Below are positions 37,472 to 49,701 of a stretch of 64,000 nt of DNA, one piece after another. The stretch is from Dudresnaya verticillata. Taxonomy: Eukaryota. The stretch lies in NCBI GenBank assembly GCA_977862235.1, contig OZ374558.1:1240001-1304000 (forward strand), written 5' to 3'. The notes under the pieces were generated by a model that was not told where the DNA came from, made no database searches, and saw nothing but the letters and a program-made list of their open reading frames with translations. Positions within the stretch are counted from its first letter, which is position 1. Each line of letters starts with the position of its first letter. Position numbers and translations under genes: made by a program.

Positions 37472-40400
37472 GTGTGGTTTAGGGGTACACAATATGGTGC
37501 TGGATAGCAACTATTGGACTGGACACAAAGCGAAAACGAATTGCGACATTTGCTGGCAGCCGAGAGGCCGTAGCCGCGTCTACTGCAGTCGTATTTTCGA
37601 AACATCGAGGGGTGGTAGTGCCGGTGGTGGTTTGCAAAGGAATATCTACGGGACGCGAACTTTTTTCGTAGCGTAGTAAGGCTCACGCAGGCGAAATATC
37701 GCACTTTTCTCTTAAGCAACCTTGCTGCTTTGAGGAACGCCTGTTTGTAAAGTACGTGATTGCCGAGGGACCAAGTTCAAGTTACTGTTTTGCCCTTTGC
37801 AGCGAGTGTACGGAAGATGGTCTGCACTCTGTGGCAGGAACTTGCATGAGTCATCAAACACAGAGCTTGTGAAGCAAACATTTTGACACGGAACAAGCAT
37901 TGCGCCAGCAAGTACAACGCACACAGGCTTTCCCGTTTGCTGTGCGTGAGTATCTCGTGGAAGATGCGAGGTGCTGCAAAATGACTGCCGCAGCTGCATC
38001 TGGGATCAAGCGGTGCGGTACAGGGGCGTGTCTCCAATTTGCACACATGCGCGTTGACCAATCAGCGCACGTCGAATGGCCGGTAACTGCTCCACGCGTC
38101 TCGCAATTGTGAAATCCGAAGATTTTTCGTCGTTCTGTCAGCGGCCGTGGCCCGTGGCCCGGCGCGACAGGTCAGATTTGCATACGCAACCGTCGCGATC
38201 TGCGTCCTGCAATTTTACTGGTCGCCGTGTACGCAAATATCTGCTCCGTGGCATTGGGCGGTGCGCCTCCAGCCTCCACCTCATACAAATGGAATGTTGT
38301 TGATCTCTCGTTACGGCCGTTGCGTGTGAAGACGTGTCCGGCCTCGCTGCGAGATTCTGCGTCTCGAGATTTCCAGAGCGGCAACCTAGCCTTAACAGTC
38401 ACGGGAAGCATACAAGCACCAAACAGACTCTGGGGTACACATTACTCCACCTGCGTTCACCGTGCAATCCTCTTCTCCTGGTTGTTTCTACCGATAGACC
38501 GCAAAAACTTGCAAGCTGGCACACCCATGCTCTCGTATCCGATGGTGCAGAACATGTTGCCATCTTGTCTGATCTGCGACGGTTATACCCACTGGCACAT
38601 GCCAATCCAGCAAAGCAAAATCGTGGAACAATGCAATGGCCGTAAGTCAACCGCCATCCCCCGATAGGTATATTCAACAAAAAAGTTCTTTCGCTCTCCT
38701 CCGCCAAACGAGTACATCCCGTCTCGATGCGCCTATCGTTTCTTTACAGAGAGCAAGCAAACTACTGTTCCACTTAGTCCGTTCATTCACTTGGTTCAAG
38801 CTCGCACTCTTTCCAGACAGAGACGAGAATATTCACCCTCAGAGACAGACCTTCTGCTACCCCTTGCGTATCTTGTACCGCGATACTGTACAGAGTGATT
38901 CTCAAACGACTTCCTAGAGCCCCTTTTTCTTGTACTATTGGCTCAGTTCCGGTTACCAAGCTGGGACTGCATTCTCTTGGAGCTTCGCTCTAAAGAAACC
39001 AGTTCTTGGCAATCTAGCACCTTTCAAATGTCTATTCAGATGAAGCATGCGGTAGACTGCAAATATTTGGATAAATCAAAGTCGCCTTACCAGCCACGCA
39101 TCTATCTTTGTGATAGCTTCGTATTCTTCTGTTACAGCTCTCATATATTCATAAAGTGAAGCGTTTCTCTCAGTGAATGTTTTCCGATATGCCGTGCTTT
39201 GCAGTAAGTTCGAGTAAGTGTCCCATGAGCGAAATATGGATACAATGGAGGGCGTCAGACGGCTAGAGATCGGAGTAGTTGGCAAAGCCAAGCAGTTCAA
39301 TTGCAACAGCTTTTGATTTGCGAATATTTGCTGACGTATTCCCAGATGAGGAATCAGCCGCATTGTTCTGTAGTCTGTCTCTCCATCGATATCTATCAGC
39401 TCCTAACAACCTTGTCCTGAATACCTGATTGCTTTCTGCTACAGTTTGACAATTCTGCAACTGTCTCATGCAACTTTGCGGCACTGCGTCCGGTCGCTCT
39501 CGCAGACTCTTTGCAAGTGAAGATTCATTCCTTGTCTAGTACCTGTCGTATAAAAATAGAAACCGTCTGCCGCATCCGTCTTTGTTTTCCAGCGACCATT
39601 CTGTAATCATGACAAGTAGTCCTTATATATTCTGACAGCTATTCCTGGCAAGAGGCGCAGACGGCTAGCCCCACTGTTAGTTCTACCGACGGGGCTGATA
39701 AACCTTAAGGCACAAACCCTGCAGAACAACTTCTTCTCGCATAACTCAGCTGCCGGTATCTATCCCATCAAGTGTGAAGACATGAACAATTGCTACGAAG
39801 TTTGTCCTAGAATCCCCAATTCTTCAGTCTGTAGACCAGAGAAAATCCCCTGCTCTTATAGCTTTCTGGCATCCCTGCGAAAAAGCAAAGCAAAACAATA
39901 GAAATCGTGCGGATTTATTGGTTTAAAAGTGTCCCGTATTCACATCCATCTATGTAAGCTCATGCGGGGGTTTTCTCGAAGTTAACGCATTGATGGCGAA
40001 GAAATCTCACAGCCGTTTTTATGTTCCTACCATCACAATTCTTCGTCCATCACAGATCTTTTCTGTGTGTTTGTGCTCGAAAGGCAGTAAAACCTTTCGG
40101 TCATCGTTCTGTTCCACACCGAATTCATTGTGCGGAAGATGTTGGTTTGCAACGCAACTTGCAACCTTCCTAAGTCTTCTCGTTCAATTTACTTTTAGTA
40201 ACACTCCCTACCAGATACATCATGCTTCCAGACCAACATTCCTCCTTTCCAAGTGCCATTATGGGGAATATATCCACAAAATATTGCATTTGATGCCTCC
40301 ATGAAGCGAGACCAGACCTCCATGCATCCTTGTACGACTACTTTGTTGCTATGTAAGAGCAAGCAACTCAACCAACTAACTCTATCTAGCAATGTACTCT

Positions 40401-41473
40401 TTCTCCCACCCTTCTACCAACATGTATCGAAACCATTTTCAGAGACACTCAATGGTCTCCTCGTTCTCGAAACAAAGCCAGGGCTTTTTGGCCTGCTTGG
40501 TTGTTTTCCTATTCCTCCATTGCACATCCGCGAAGAAGCTGAACTGTCATGATAGAAGAGTTGTTGATTCCTTCTACTCATGCAATGTCACGTTTTGCGA
40601 ACAACAGGGAGAAACCCATTGAGCACAGGCATCAAATTCAAGAAGAAACAGCTGAAGGGGTTTCTGGAGTCATGTTCGATTCAGTTTGGTGGTCCGAAAC
40701 CTCTGAAAGCTGGGTGCCTCCGCTTATCGAGGTCAAAAACGTTCAACAAGAACAAGTCTGTTAAGGCCATGAAGAAAATTTCAAAGATATGCATCCCGAT
40801 GGCCGGGAGGTAAACTCATCATTGTTCTTTTAAAATCCACAAGTAGGGGGATGGGGCATTTCGTGATTGAAGGAAAAGACACATTAGGCCTTTGGACCTC
40901 TCGAATGCACTTTTGTTTTGGGGGATAATCTTATAAAAATCAACCTATACCCGAGCTTACCTTCTCGATTGAATGGAACGACAGTAAGATTATGCTATGA
41001 GTCTGCTAATGATATTGGATGAATAAAACCATCTCAACCAGAGATCGCACGGCTTTCAGAGAAAAATAGTGTTGATCGAAAAGTCATTCTTGTACATTCA
41101 CGGCGGCGGCAACTTCTCTCCTAAGGATCTTTTTCAGTTCTGTAAGCCTTCAATCCAGCCTTAGATATTAGGATTAAGGGAGGACTGTTGGGTGGAAATT
41201 GTAAATAACATCATTGACAAGACAAAACATGAATTTGAGTTGTACTGTTGAAGATCAGTCGCGTTGCTTGGTAGTGAATCCTATTCAAAATTAACGATAG
41301 GTATAGACAAAAGAGCCTTGCCTCATGTTATGTTAGGATTTCTTTCCTTAGAACAAGACCGTCCGGCGGGGCGCCGTACTAATTTGCGGAGCGCTTTATG
41401 ATTTTTTTTGGAGTGATTTTATTGGTAGATTAAGAGAAACTTCTAGAGACATATCGAGTAGAGCAGTACATAT

Positions 41474-44400
41474 CCCTAATGCCATTATTTATCGATCGGT
41501 ATAGTGATCCGTTTACTGGAGAACGCCCTAGTTCGGCGCATCAGGAGACTTGCCAATTCTGACCACACATTGGCATAGACCATGTTTGTCCCGTCCTCTT
41601 TACAGAATTTCACCAGCAGAGATGCAATAGGAGTCGGACAACAAGCCGAGGAACTTGGGTCACTAGGCACGTTTTGGAATGTGTAAAAAAGGGCTTTTAA
41701 TAAGTATAGGGATCGATACAGTGACTAAACCGGGGACGCCAATCATGATAATTGCAACGAAACTTCACGATAGACACGCCTTTACCTTCTACTCTGCTTT
41801 CGTTGAGGTTTCTGGGTAGGGCCTACTCGATCCTGCGGTGTCGCTGGAGTGGTTCTCGACAACAGCCGCTTAGAGGCTCTTCGTGTTGTTTGCGGACTTC
41901 GCGCTGGTGTACTTGCGGGAGTGCTCACCACCTGGTCGCCAGCCCCCGCATTTCTCCCATCTTCATTATCGTCAGCAACTGGAGGATATCCCGTGATTCT
42001 TGGTCTTTGTCTGTGTTTTAAAACCGTGTTACAGTGCAAAAGACTCTAACAGCTCTTGCGCAAGCCGGGGTACGTCCGAATACAGAGCTGCACGCTGCAC
42101 ACCGGGCATCGATAGGAGTAACGATGTCCCCTCCAGGGACCCTCGTTCTGCCCACACATCACACAGTACAAAACCGGCCCTTGCTTTGGCGTATGTCCCG
42201 GAACCACTTGGCGGCGCTTTACGCCATCTGAACTATTGAAAAATGTAACGGCTTTCGATTGCGTGCCTCTGGCATCTTTTTCAGCCCCTCTGCATTGCGA
42301 AGCGGCAAGGGTCCCTTTCCGCAGCTTCTTGTCGACCATCCCTTATTGCAATCGTCTCATCATGCGACAATAATTGCTTTGAGACATCGTACCTAACATC
42401 GGCCGTCGCTTGAACTTTGTTCAGCATGTTTCGATTGTTGTCGAGAGTTTTGAATGTGTCAGCAAACTCGAGCAGAGTTTGCCTCTCAAACATGCTCCAT
42501 GCAAAGAATGCATTGATAGCTACCGTTTTTAGTGTCTGAGACACTATTTTCTGTTCCTACTTGAAGTGGGAAGTTGAGCTTCGCAAAATGGCCCTTTGCT
42601 GTGTTGCTCTATCTATGCCCGCTTTTTTCTTCGAGTAGAACGACTGTGCTGCATGCTTAAAAAGCTTGAGAGGGAGGAATGTGCCCTGCTCTAGCACGTG
42701 AGACAAACCATCTTCCAAAACTTGCGATGAGTTGTGATAGAGTAATGATACGTCCTGAGGACGAATGCAGAAATTTCTATTGTGGCCACATCTATAGCGA
42801 TTTCGTGTGCCCATTTCACAAGGGGTATGGAAAGAGTGTTCATCGTGTCAAAACAGTTTTGCACAACGAAATAAGGAAAGCTCACCACAACTGTGTATAG
42901 AATACCCGTCTCAGCCGCGGCAACGTAAACCGCATAGCCCAGTCGCAGTACCAGGACCTGATGCATAATCTGTGCCGCATGTGAGTTGGGTATGTACCTC
43001 TTAAATGTTTCGTCTCCAACTACACATAGCACTGGTTCTGAAGTAGACAATTGGATCCTTTGATCAAGCGTTGAGGCCGCTACTCTTGCCTTGATTTCGA
43101 CAGGTGCGAGCACTAAAATGTCTTCATTGTCCTGGGCATTAGGGTCTTCATCAGTGGAGGACGTCAGAATAGGCAAAGAAGCCTTCTTGAGCATCGCGAT
43201 GCCATCCGGCGAACAAGCGAGATACTGGGCATTTCGGTTGCATAAAAGACCTGCCTCAAAGACCTCTTCGACGAACGGTAGTGCACGTAAAGCGACCAGG
43301 ACCGCGTCTTCGTTCGCAGTTCCAGGCATCATGGCTTCCGTACATCGTTTGTTCGACAACCATCCGCTGTACAAAATTTTGAACCATTCTTCTAATGTCT
43401 TCTCTTGTGGATCCCCCGAGAGCCCTAACAAAGACTGTAAAGATCCACTGCTAAGCATTAGCAATCCGGCGTTTTTCCCGGTAATTCTGAACTGGCGTAG
43501 CACGAACCATTCCGCGCATCTTTGTCCGACGGTTAGCGGAAGACAATTTCTGCTGATTATGTACTCCACAGTGTCCTTTAGTGCAGCGACCTGCTCACCC
43601 TCAATGTTACGCCTCGTGTAGAGAACCATATTAATTCGGTATTTAGGTTTCAGGACAGCTATCCAAGTATTCAAGCTTTCCTGCATAGGCGCGGGTACGG
43701 TAAACATGAACCGAAGCAGTTTCGCGAACTTCTCAGTCCCATATTCACGAACAGCGACGGCAGTAGTCTTCTTCTGACCCACCAATGATGCTGAATCCGC
43801 AACGATGTTCTTCGTTGCAAAAAGGACATCGGGTCCAAGTTGAGGGTTGTCGTCGATAACAAAAGCGCGTCGACGGTCCAGCTGCAAGTTTGAAATGCTG
43901 TCATTAGTATCAAGGGAGTCACTGCTGTCACCGTCCTGTGCATTTTCACGGGAACCACTCGCTTGCTCTGTCTCATTCCGACCGGTAGTCTCCTGCAGGA
44001 AAGCTTCTTCCTCCAAATCACCTCTCCCAGGACGCAGGTATGAAGAACCCACAAAGGGATGGACACGCAGAAGATGGTCAGGCAATACGAATACGGAACT
44101 GAAACCAAACTCCGTGATCAGATCCATGGACAGCCGCTTTCCATACCCTCTGTCCGCTGTGATAATGCATGTGCTCGTCGCTTCCGCACCCCTTCCATCC
44201 GTCAGCACTTCCAAACGTTTTCTCACCGATTCTACTTGCGATTCCCCACGCCTCCTGAAGCGAAGCGCAAGCACAACCCTTAATGGATCATCGGCAATAG
44301 CATCCGCAGAATGACCCTCCTTGTCTGCTTTTCGCGCACTCAGCATCTTGACATGATTGCCCGAGACCCTTGTGCCGTAGAGGTCATCATCCAAAGTAGC

Positions 44401-45558
44401 CAAAAGATAAAGTGGAACGAAGAAAACCTTCTTAGTATCACGAGATGAGAGTTTTTCAAACTCACCCAATTGACATGTCAAATCGCGTTGGGAATTCCAC
44501 TCCATTTGACCTTCACGGCCGCGTCCAGTTGCGAAAAATGCCACAATGTTGTCTGCGAGGAAACGGATCCTTTCCAGAGAAAATGTTGAGCTTCCCGACT
44601 GTCGCAAAACAGCAATAGTCTTTTCAAAGCTAAAACCAGTAGTGTGCGAGAGCAACAGCACAGAAACATAGCGGTACATGTCTGAAAGCTTTACCATATC
44701 CGCGTCGAGCTCACGAAGCCGGATGAGTTCATTGAGCCACTCCTTCAACTGCTGTAGAATCCGGTTCATGAATAGAACAACAAAACCGCTTCGGGTAGGT
44801 GCAATGTCTCGCACAGAGCATTCAAGCTTCCTTTTGTCAACTGTCGTTCTACATAGAAGCCTTGCTCGTTTATGAAGGACATCGCCTGCAAACGATTACT
44901 CCGAAAGCAGAGAAACAGCTTGCGTAGGGCTTAAATTCCATCCATGAGTGGGGTCTTCGCGATTAGCCCGCCCTGACCCGCCGCCCGTCCTCTCCGACGC
45001 CCTCGACCTCGCGGTCTTCCCCTTAATGATGCTCGTCGCCCTCTCCCGAGACCCCTTGTTCCCATCCCACTCGTCGAAGCCGCCACCGGGGCGGGATCGG
45101 TGGATGAAGGCCCGACATTCCCTCCCAGATTGGGGGTGCCGTCATTAACCGGCGGAGCCTCCGGTGCTTCGACAGTAGCCATTCGCGGTAGCTCCGCACC
45201 TTGCAACGCCCTCCAGGTACGACAGGAGGCCTCCGCGGTGGGTAGCTTAGCGACGAAACAGCGGTGTGAGCAGCAACAGGGTTGCAAACGGGAAGGAGGG
45301 GTGTCGCACACCCGGGGGCGCAGCTCCGAGAGTACCTATGGCATTTTGGGTGTTGAAGGCTTGATCGGCTCCCGAGAGGGAGGAGATGCTTCTGGAGATC
45401 GCAACAAGGGAATTTAAGCAATTTTTACAGCCGAAAATGCGCCTCAAAGTACCGGCATGTTCTGCCCCTACTGAGCAGTATAGCGATCAGAAGGGGTGTA
45501 ACGGCCAAAATCCAAAAATAGGCTTCGATCACTATCCCGATCGATAACGGCATTAGGG
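41474..45558 (-). mobile_element. piggyBac-like DNA transposon, 4085 bp, with TIRs and ATAT target-site duplication
   Basis: Left TIR ccctaatgccattatttatcgatcggtatagtgatc (41474-41509). Right TIR gatcactatcccgatcgataacggcattaggg (45527-45558). ATAT lies at 41470-41473 and 45559-45562. Confidence 0.93.
41782..45182 (-). pseudogene. piggyBac-like DDD transposase with an embedded YqaJ/lambda-exonuclease domain and a C-terminal Cys-rich domain; several stops and frameshifts
   Basis: N-terminal RGRPRGRG. TLDDDL, RKADKEG, ITADRGY. YqaJ motifs GQRCAEWFVLRQFRITG, GTANE, LACSPDG, VEIKAR, QIMHQ. Then FYSKKKAGIDRATQ, AINAF, and CVMC...CPVC...LC...SC*SLLH. Confidence 0.88.
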
Positions 45559-45697
45559 ATATAGAGGTGGAGTGGCCAAGGCCTGGGCTGCCCCGCCCCC
45601 CTCCCCCTCGCCTCGCGCGGCTGCCCCTCCTCCCCTCCCCCTCGCCTCGCGCGCCCGCCCCCCCGCCCGCGCGCCCCACCCCCCGCCTCCCGAACGC

Positions 45698-45745
45698 TGT
45701 GTGTGTGTGTCTGTGTGTGTGTGTGTCTGTCTGTCTGCGTGTGAG
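45698..45745. repeat. (GT)n/(GTCT)n microsatellite after a C-rich tract
   Basis: tgtgtgtgtgtgtctgtgtgtgtgtgtgtctgtctgtct seen directly. Confidence 0.9.
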
Positions 45746-45816
45746 CGTGGTGTGTGTCACGCGGGGAGGTGGTAGAGCGTATATTCGGGTGCCCGCTGTG
45801 CTCAGCTGCGTCGGTC

Positions 45817-45977
45817 GCCTGTGTGCGTGTTTATCATAACAAGCCAAATTGGCCAAATTGGCTTGTTATGATAAACACGCACGCAGGCAAGCCAATTGGG
45901 CTTGTTATGGTAATCACTTATCATAACAAGCCAATTTGGCTTGTTATGGAGCCAATTTGGCTTGTTATGATAAGTGA
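45817..45977. repeat. Two adjacent palindromes built from cataacaagccaa(a/t)ttggcttgttatg
   Basis: 45817-45888 has 36-bp arms with 2 mismatches and no loop. 45914-45977 reads tcacttatcataacaagcc...ggcttgttatgataagtga. Confidence 0.92.
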
Positions 45978-48005
45978 CGTACGAATAAGCTTACGGTGAG
46001 AACTTATGAACAGCTATTCAATACCCATTCTAAACTTAATAATATGGGGAGCGAATATGGATATACAACCATTATGTGGGACATCTTTTGGAGCAATGAT
46101 CTATGTGGCGTACTACACGTCCAGGACAGACAAATCGGGGAATGTTCATGATGTATTTCGAAAAGTGCGTAAGGTTGCTCCGAGTAGCTCTTGTTCAGCC
46201 AAACTGAGAAAAACACTCCTTGCGGTAGAATCAGTTCGTCCCTTGGGAGCACCTGAGGCGTCATCAATCTTTTAGGATATCCTCACCGGTTTATGTCGTG
46301 CAAAGTTATTAGAGTAGACATCAGGGAATATATTTAACTTGATATATTAAAACCAGAGGCATTGAACCGCCATGAGGACCAAGTATCATTTTCTGGCGTT
46401 CTACTGCAGTTCCCTGGCAGCAATGATAATTTTTAGTTCTCAGTTTCGAGCTCAAGCTCATCACTTTACGTGTATCGGAACGAATTCCAAAATATAAATA
46501 TCTTGGATTATTACGTTCCCGTTCGTCTTAAAGAATCGGAAAACCTTTCAATGACAGAATACGTACAAAAATACCACAAGCGGAGAAGAAAAAGGTGCAA
46601 AACCCCACATGAAATTGCTAAATCGAAGAGATTTGTTTTAATTGAGAGAAGTGCAGATGATACAGTGGTACTAGATTTAAAATATCATATCTTTGCTCCT
46701 GACCCGAAAATCCAATATACTTTTGCGGTGCATTAGTTTGGACTTTACCTCACAGAGAGCCAAAGGACTTTTCCAATCCTGTTAGCCCCTATAAACGCTC
46801 TTCAAGTCTGAAAGTCGCTGCGTGTTATTAAAAATACCTATAATTGAAAAGGTTTGAGGGTAGTCGCTTGCATTTGTACGAATCAACAGTACGTGAGCCC
46901 TACATATACGCCAAGTTCCATGGATGTACCTCAAAATACATGGATTTGCACATCATTTCCTGAAGAGAAGACATCGCGGTGCGGCGCGCCGCAATGTGCC
47001 GACTCTGACGTTCTGGTGCTGGATTGTACTGCTGAGCTAAAGGTAGGATTGTGTGTCGGAAGCAGAAGTGAAAAGTCTTGAGAGATATTCTCAAGACGAT
47101 TTAATGCAGAAAAGAGATTTGAGGGCCTTTAAGAGGCTGCTAGAGAAATCAAGGCCTTTAGGAGGCCGCTAGAAAACTTCATGGCCTTTAAGATGTCGGT
47201 GAAAGAAAGGACAACGAGCACTACGAAGGCGATTTCGGAAAATCCTTTTTTCCATGCGGATATTCATGATTTTTATGCCTCACGTTTGGCACGGGCGAGT
47301 AATGAATATCAGCATTTCAAATAAAGGTTCAGCGCATTGATTTCCCATGGCGCACGAATCCAGCGGAATGATTCGTGAATCACATTTCCGCTCTTTTTTT
47401 GATGGTGCTTGAGACCCCTGCAGCATCAAAAGTCATATGGTATTCCGTTTCCGTAATGCATCAGTTCCGGCCGGTGTGATGTGGCAAATCGCAAATCTAT
47501 TCACGCACTGCTATGATTCTAAAACCGCAAAATTAATGCGTCACAGCATTACCGCGGTAATGCCGCGGTTCCATTTCCGAGTCTACTATCGCTATGCATG
47601 CGGCTCATGGATTTTCTCGCTTTAATTCATGGAAACTGCTGCGTCACATGCGCCGCCCCAGGCAGGTCTGCCTGCCGCGTGTTGGTAGTCCTACGTCCAC
47701 ACTACATAATAGCTCCCTTCTTAACTTCCTCGCTCAGAAGCGCCGTGAACTCTTTGCAAAGTACGTCTCCTTCACACTGAAAGCAAGGTACAGAAACCTC
47801 GAGAACCCCAGCGCCTTGCGAGCCTTTTGCAAGGTCGGACGACCTTACGCGAGGACGAACAGCCTGTGCTCGACGCCACGCTACGTTAAAACCCTCGGGG
47901 ATTCCGTCGCACACTTGAACGTTGCCTTTCAGTCGGATCTTCGACTCTGGAAGCGACTCGCTTTGAAACGCGAAGAAGATACACAAACCTGCGATCTGTG
48001 GAACA

Positions 48006-49400
48006 TCATTGCCTACTGTCCCGCATCAGGACTGTGGAAGCATCTTTCGTGCTGTCTGTAGGTCGTGTCATTCTGCGGCCGCAGCTTTTCCCTACGAACA
48101 GGGCGCAGGGATATGCTGTGTTGTCCTTCGTGTACGCATACGTGCCTAGAATTCTAATTGCCCTTCCGTTTGTAGAAGATACTTCCTTTGTTAACATTTC
48201 GAGCCGCCCGGCGAGTGCAGTTATATAAAGGCATCTGCATAGAGTTCCAAAAGATTTGAAACAGATGAACATAACGTCACTCCACAATGACGGACACTGT
48301 GTGCTCTCGAAAGATGGGAAGAAGGAGATTGTATTATCCTCTTCCCCAGTCATCTCCATGGACGACGCGGCCGCGTCGTCTCTCGTTTCCCGCCATGTCC
48401 TAGCGGGAATAGCAAACTGCGCCACATCGCAATCAGCAGACACCTTCAAACAGAATTGCGTTGCGTTATTCAGCAGTTCTCCGTCATCCATGTGATGATC
48501 ATCACCAGCTTCTCTGTTGAGCCGCGCCGGTGTTCTTCTGGCCCGTGCCGTCGGCGTGATTAGCAGACTCTCGGGGGTTTCACGCAATCCCGGTACTGCC
48601 CCGGCCGGGGTACACGCGCTCGTATCGGCTGACACTCGTGGCTGGATTGGTGTCTGCGGTGTTTGGTCTTCCAGCACATTCGGAGATGCACTTCTTCTTG
48701 TCGTTCTACTACTTGCAGCCTTCTTCCCTTCCGGCGGGCTGGGGCTTTTTGCATGCAACTGGCCAGGCGATGGCGAAGGAACTAGAGAACTCTTTCACAG
48801 CTTTGATCCAGACCTGGATTCAAGCTTAGCTCTATCCGTGCAGTGTTTCTTTGCACTCGAATCTTGATTGTGTCTATCTCTGAGGCCAGAGCAGAATATC
48901 GTTGTCGTAGAAAGCTGAACTCACGCGTCAAAGCAGAACTGTCCATAACTTACACATCTTGCTCTCCACTATTGCAGTACTCGATATCTTGGCTTCCCTG
49001 GCGGCGCTGCTGTTGGTTCGACACATTTTCGATAGGCGGGCCCGCCCGCGTTCTCCAACTCAGTAGAGGATTTTCATTGTCCGAGCGATCTTGTTCCCAG
49101 ACACGAAGATGTCTACCTGCAAGAAATTCAACCTTCTCAACAGTTGCCATATAGTTTTACTGAGTATTGGAAACATACTCTATAGTCGCGACCGCGATTA
49201 AGTCACCGTCATCAATTTCAACAACGTCCAATACCTCAGCATCCCACCACACTTCGTCACCATTGTCCATCTCCCATGCTACCTGTACCCATTCATTGGC
49301 AAGCGGCAGAGTGTTGCGCTCCCTGCACCCCCTCATGTTGCAAAGCGTGATATGCGGATGTTTGCTGATGCATTCAAAAGCATACGTCTGCGTACGCGAT
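48006..49400 (-). pseudogene. CACTA accessory ORF A: Tudor-like N-terminal barrel, disordered linker, globular C-terminus
   Basis: WVQVAWEMDNGDEVWWDAEVLDV...ATIEY resembles a Tudor/Royal-family aromatic beta-barrel. It continues in ORF pieces 48950-49150 and 48006-48758. Confidence 0.5.
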
Positions 49401-49701
49401 GAGCAGGCCTGCTGAGGAAACTGTGACAGAACGATGCCCAAATGCGAAGTGCGGGTCAATATCGGCAATTGTGCGACCGTGCGGAACAGGTCTGCAGGCT
49501 TGCAGGCCTGCAGTGTTCCATTTATCAACTTGTCATCATTCTGGTTCATGAAAGTTTGTAGATCTACGCAGTATGTTTGCAGAATCACTTCGAGTACTGG
49601 CAAAGATACGCAGAAAGGGCTTATCGGGAATTTACAAAGGCCGTTGCTCCGCGCGCGAGTGCCATACTGTTATCCGTCTCTCCGCGTAGAGAACTCTAAG
49701 A

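Noticed and set aside
41345..41380. cggcg-ggg-cgccg hairpin as a candidate Helitron 3' end
   Set aside because: The stem is only 5 bp and the adjacent terminus is not a canonical CTRR followed by T.
37700..41460. Scattered short ORFs, possibly a decayed transposase or gene
   Set aside because: No recognisable motif order or termini.
47121..47200. Three ~30-bp imperfect tandem repeats (ggcctttaagaggctgctaga...)
   Set aside because: Short minisatellite with no further structure. A similar 30-bp doublet at ~32915-32972 was also dismissed.
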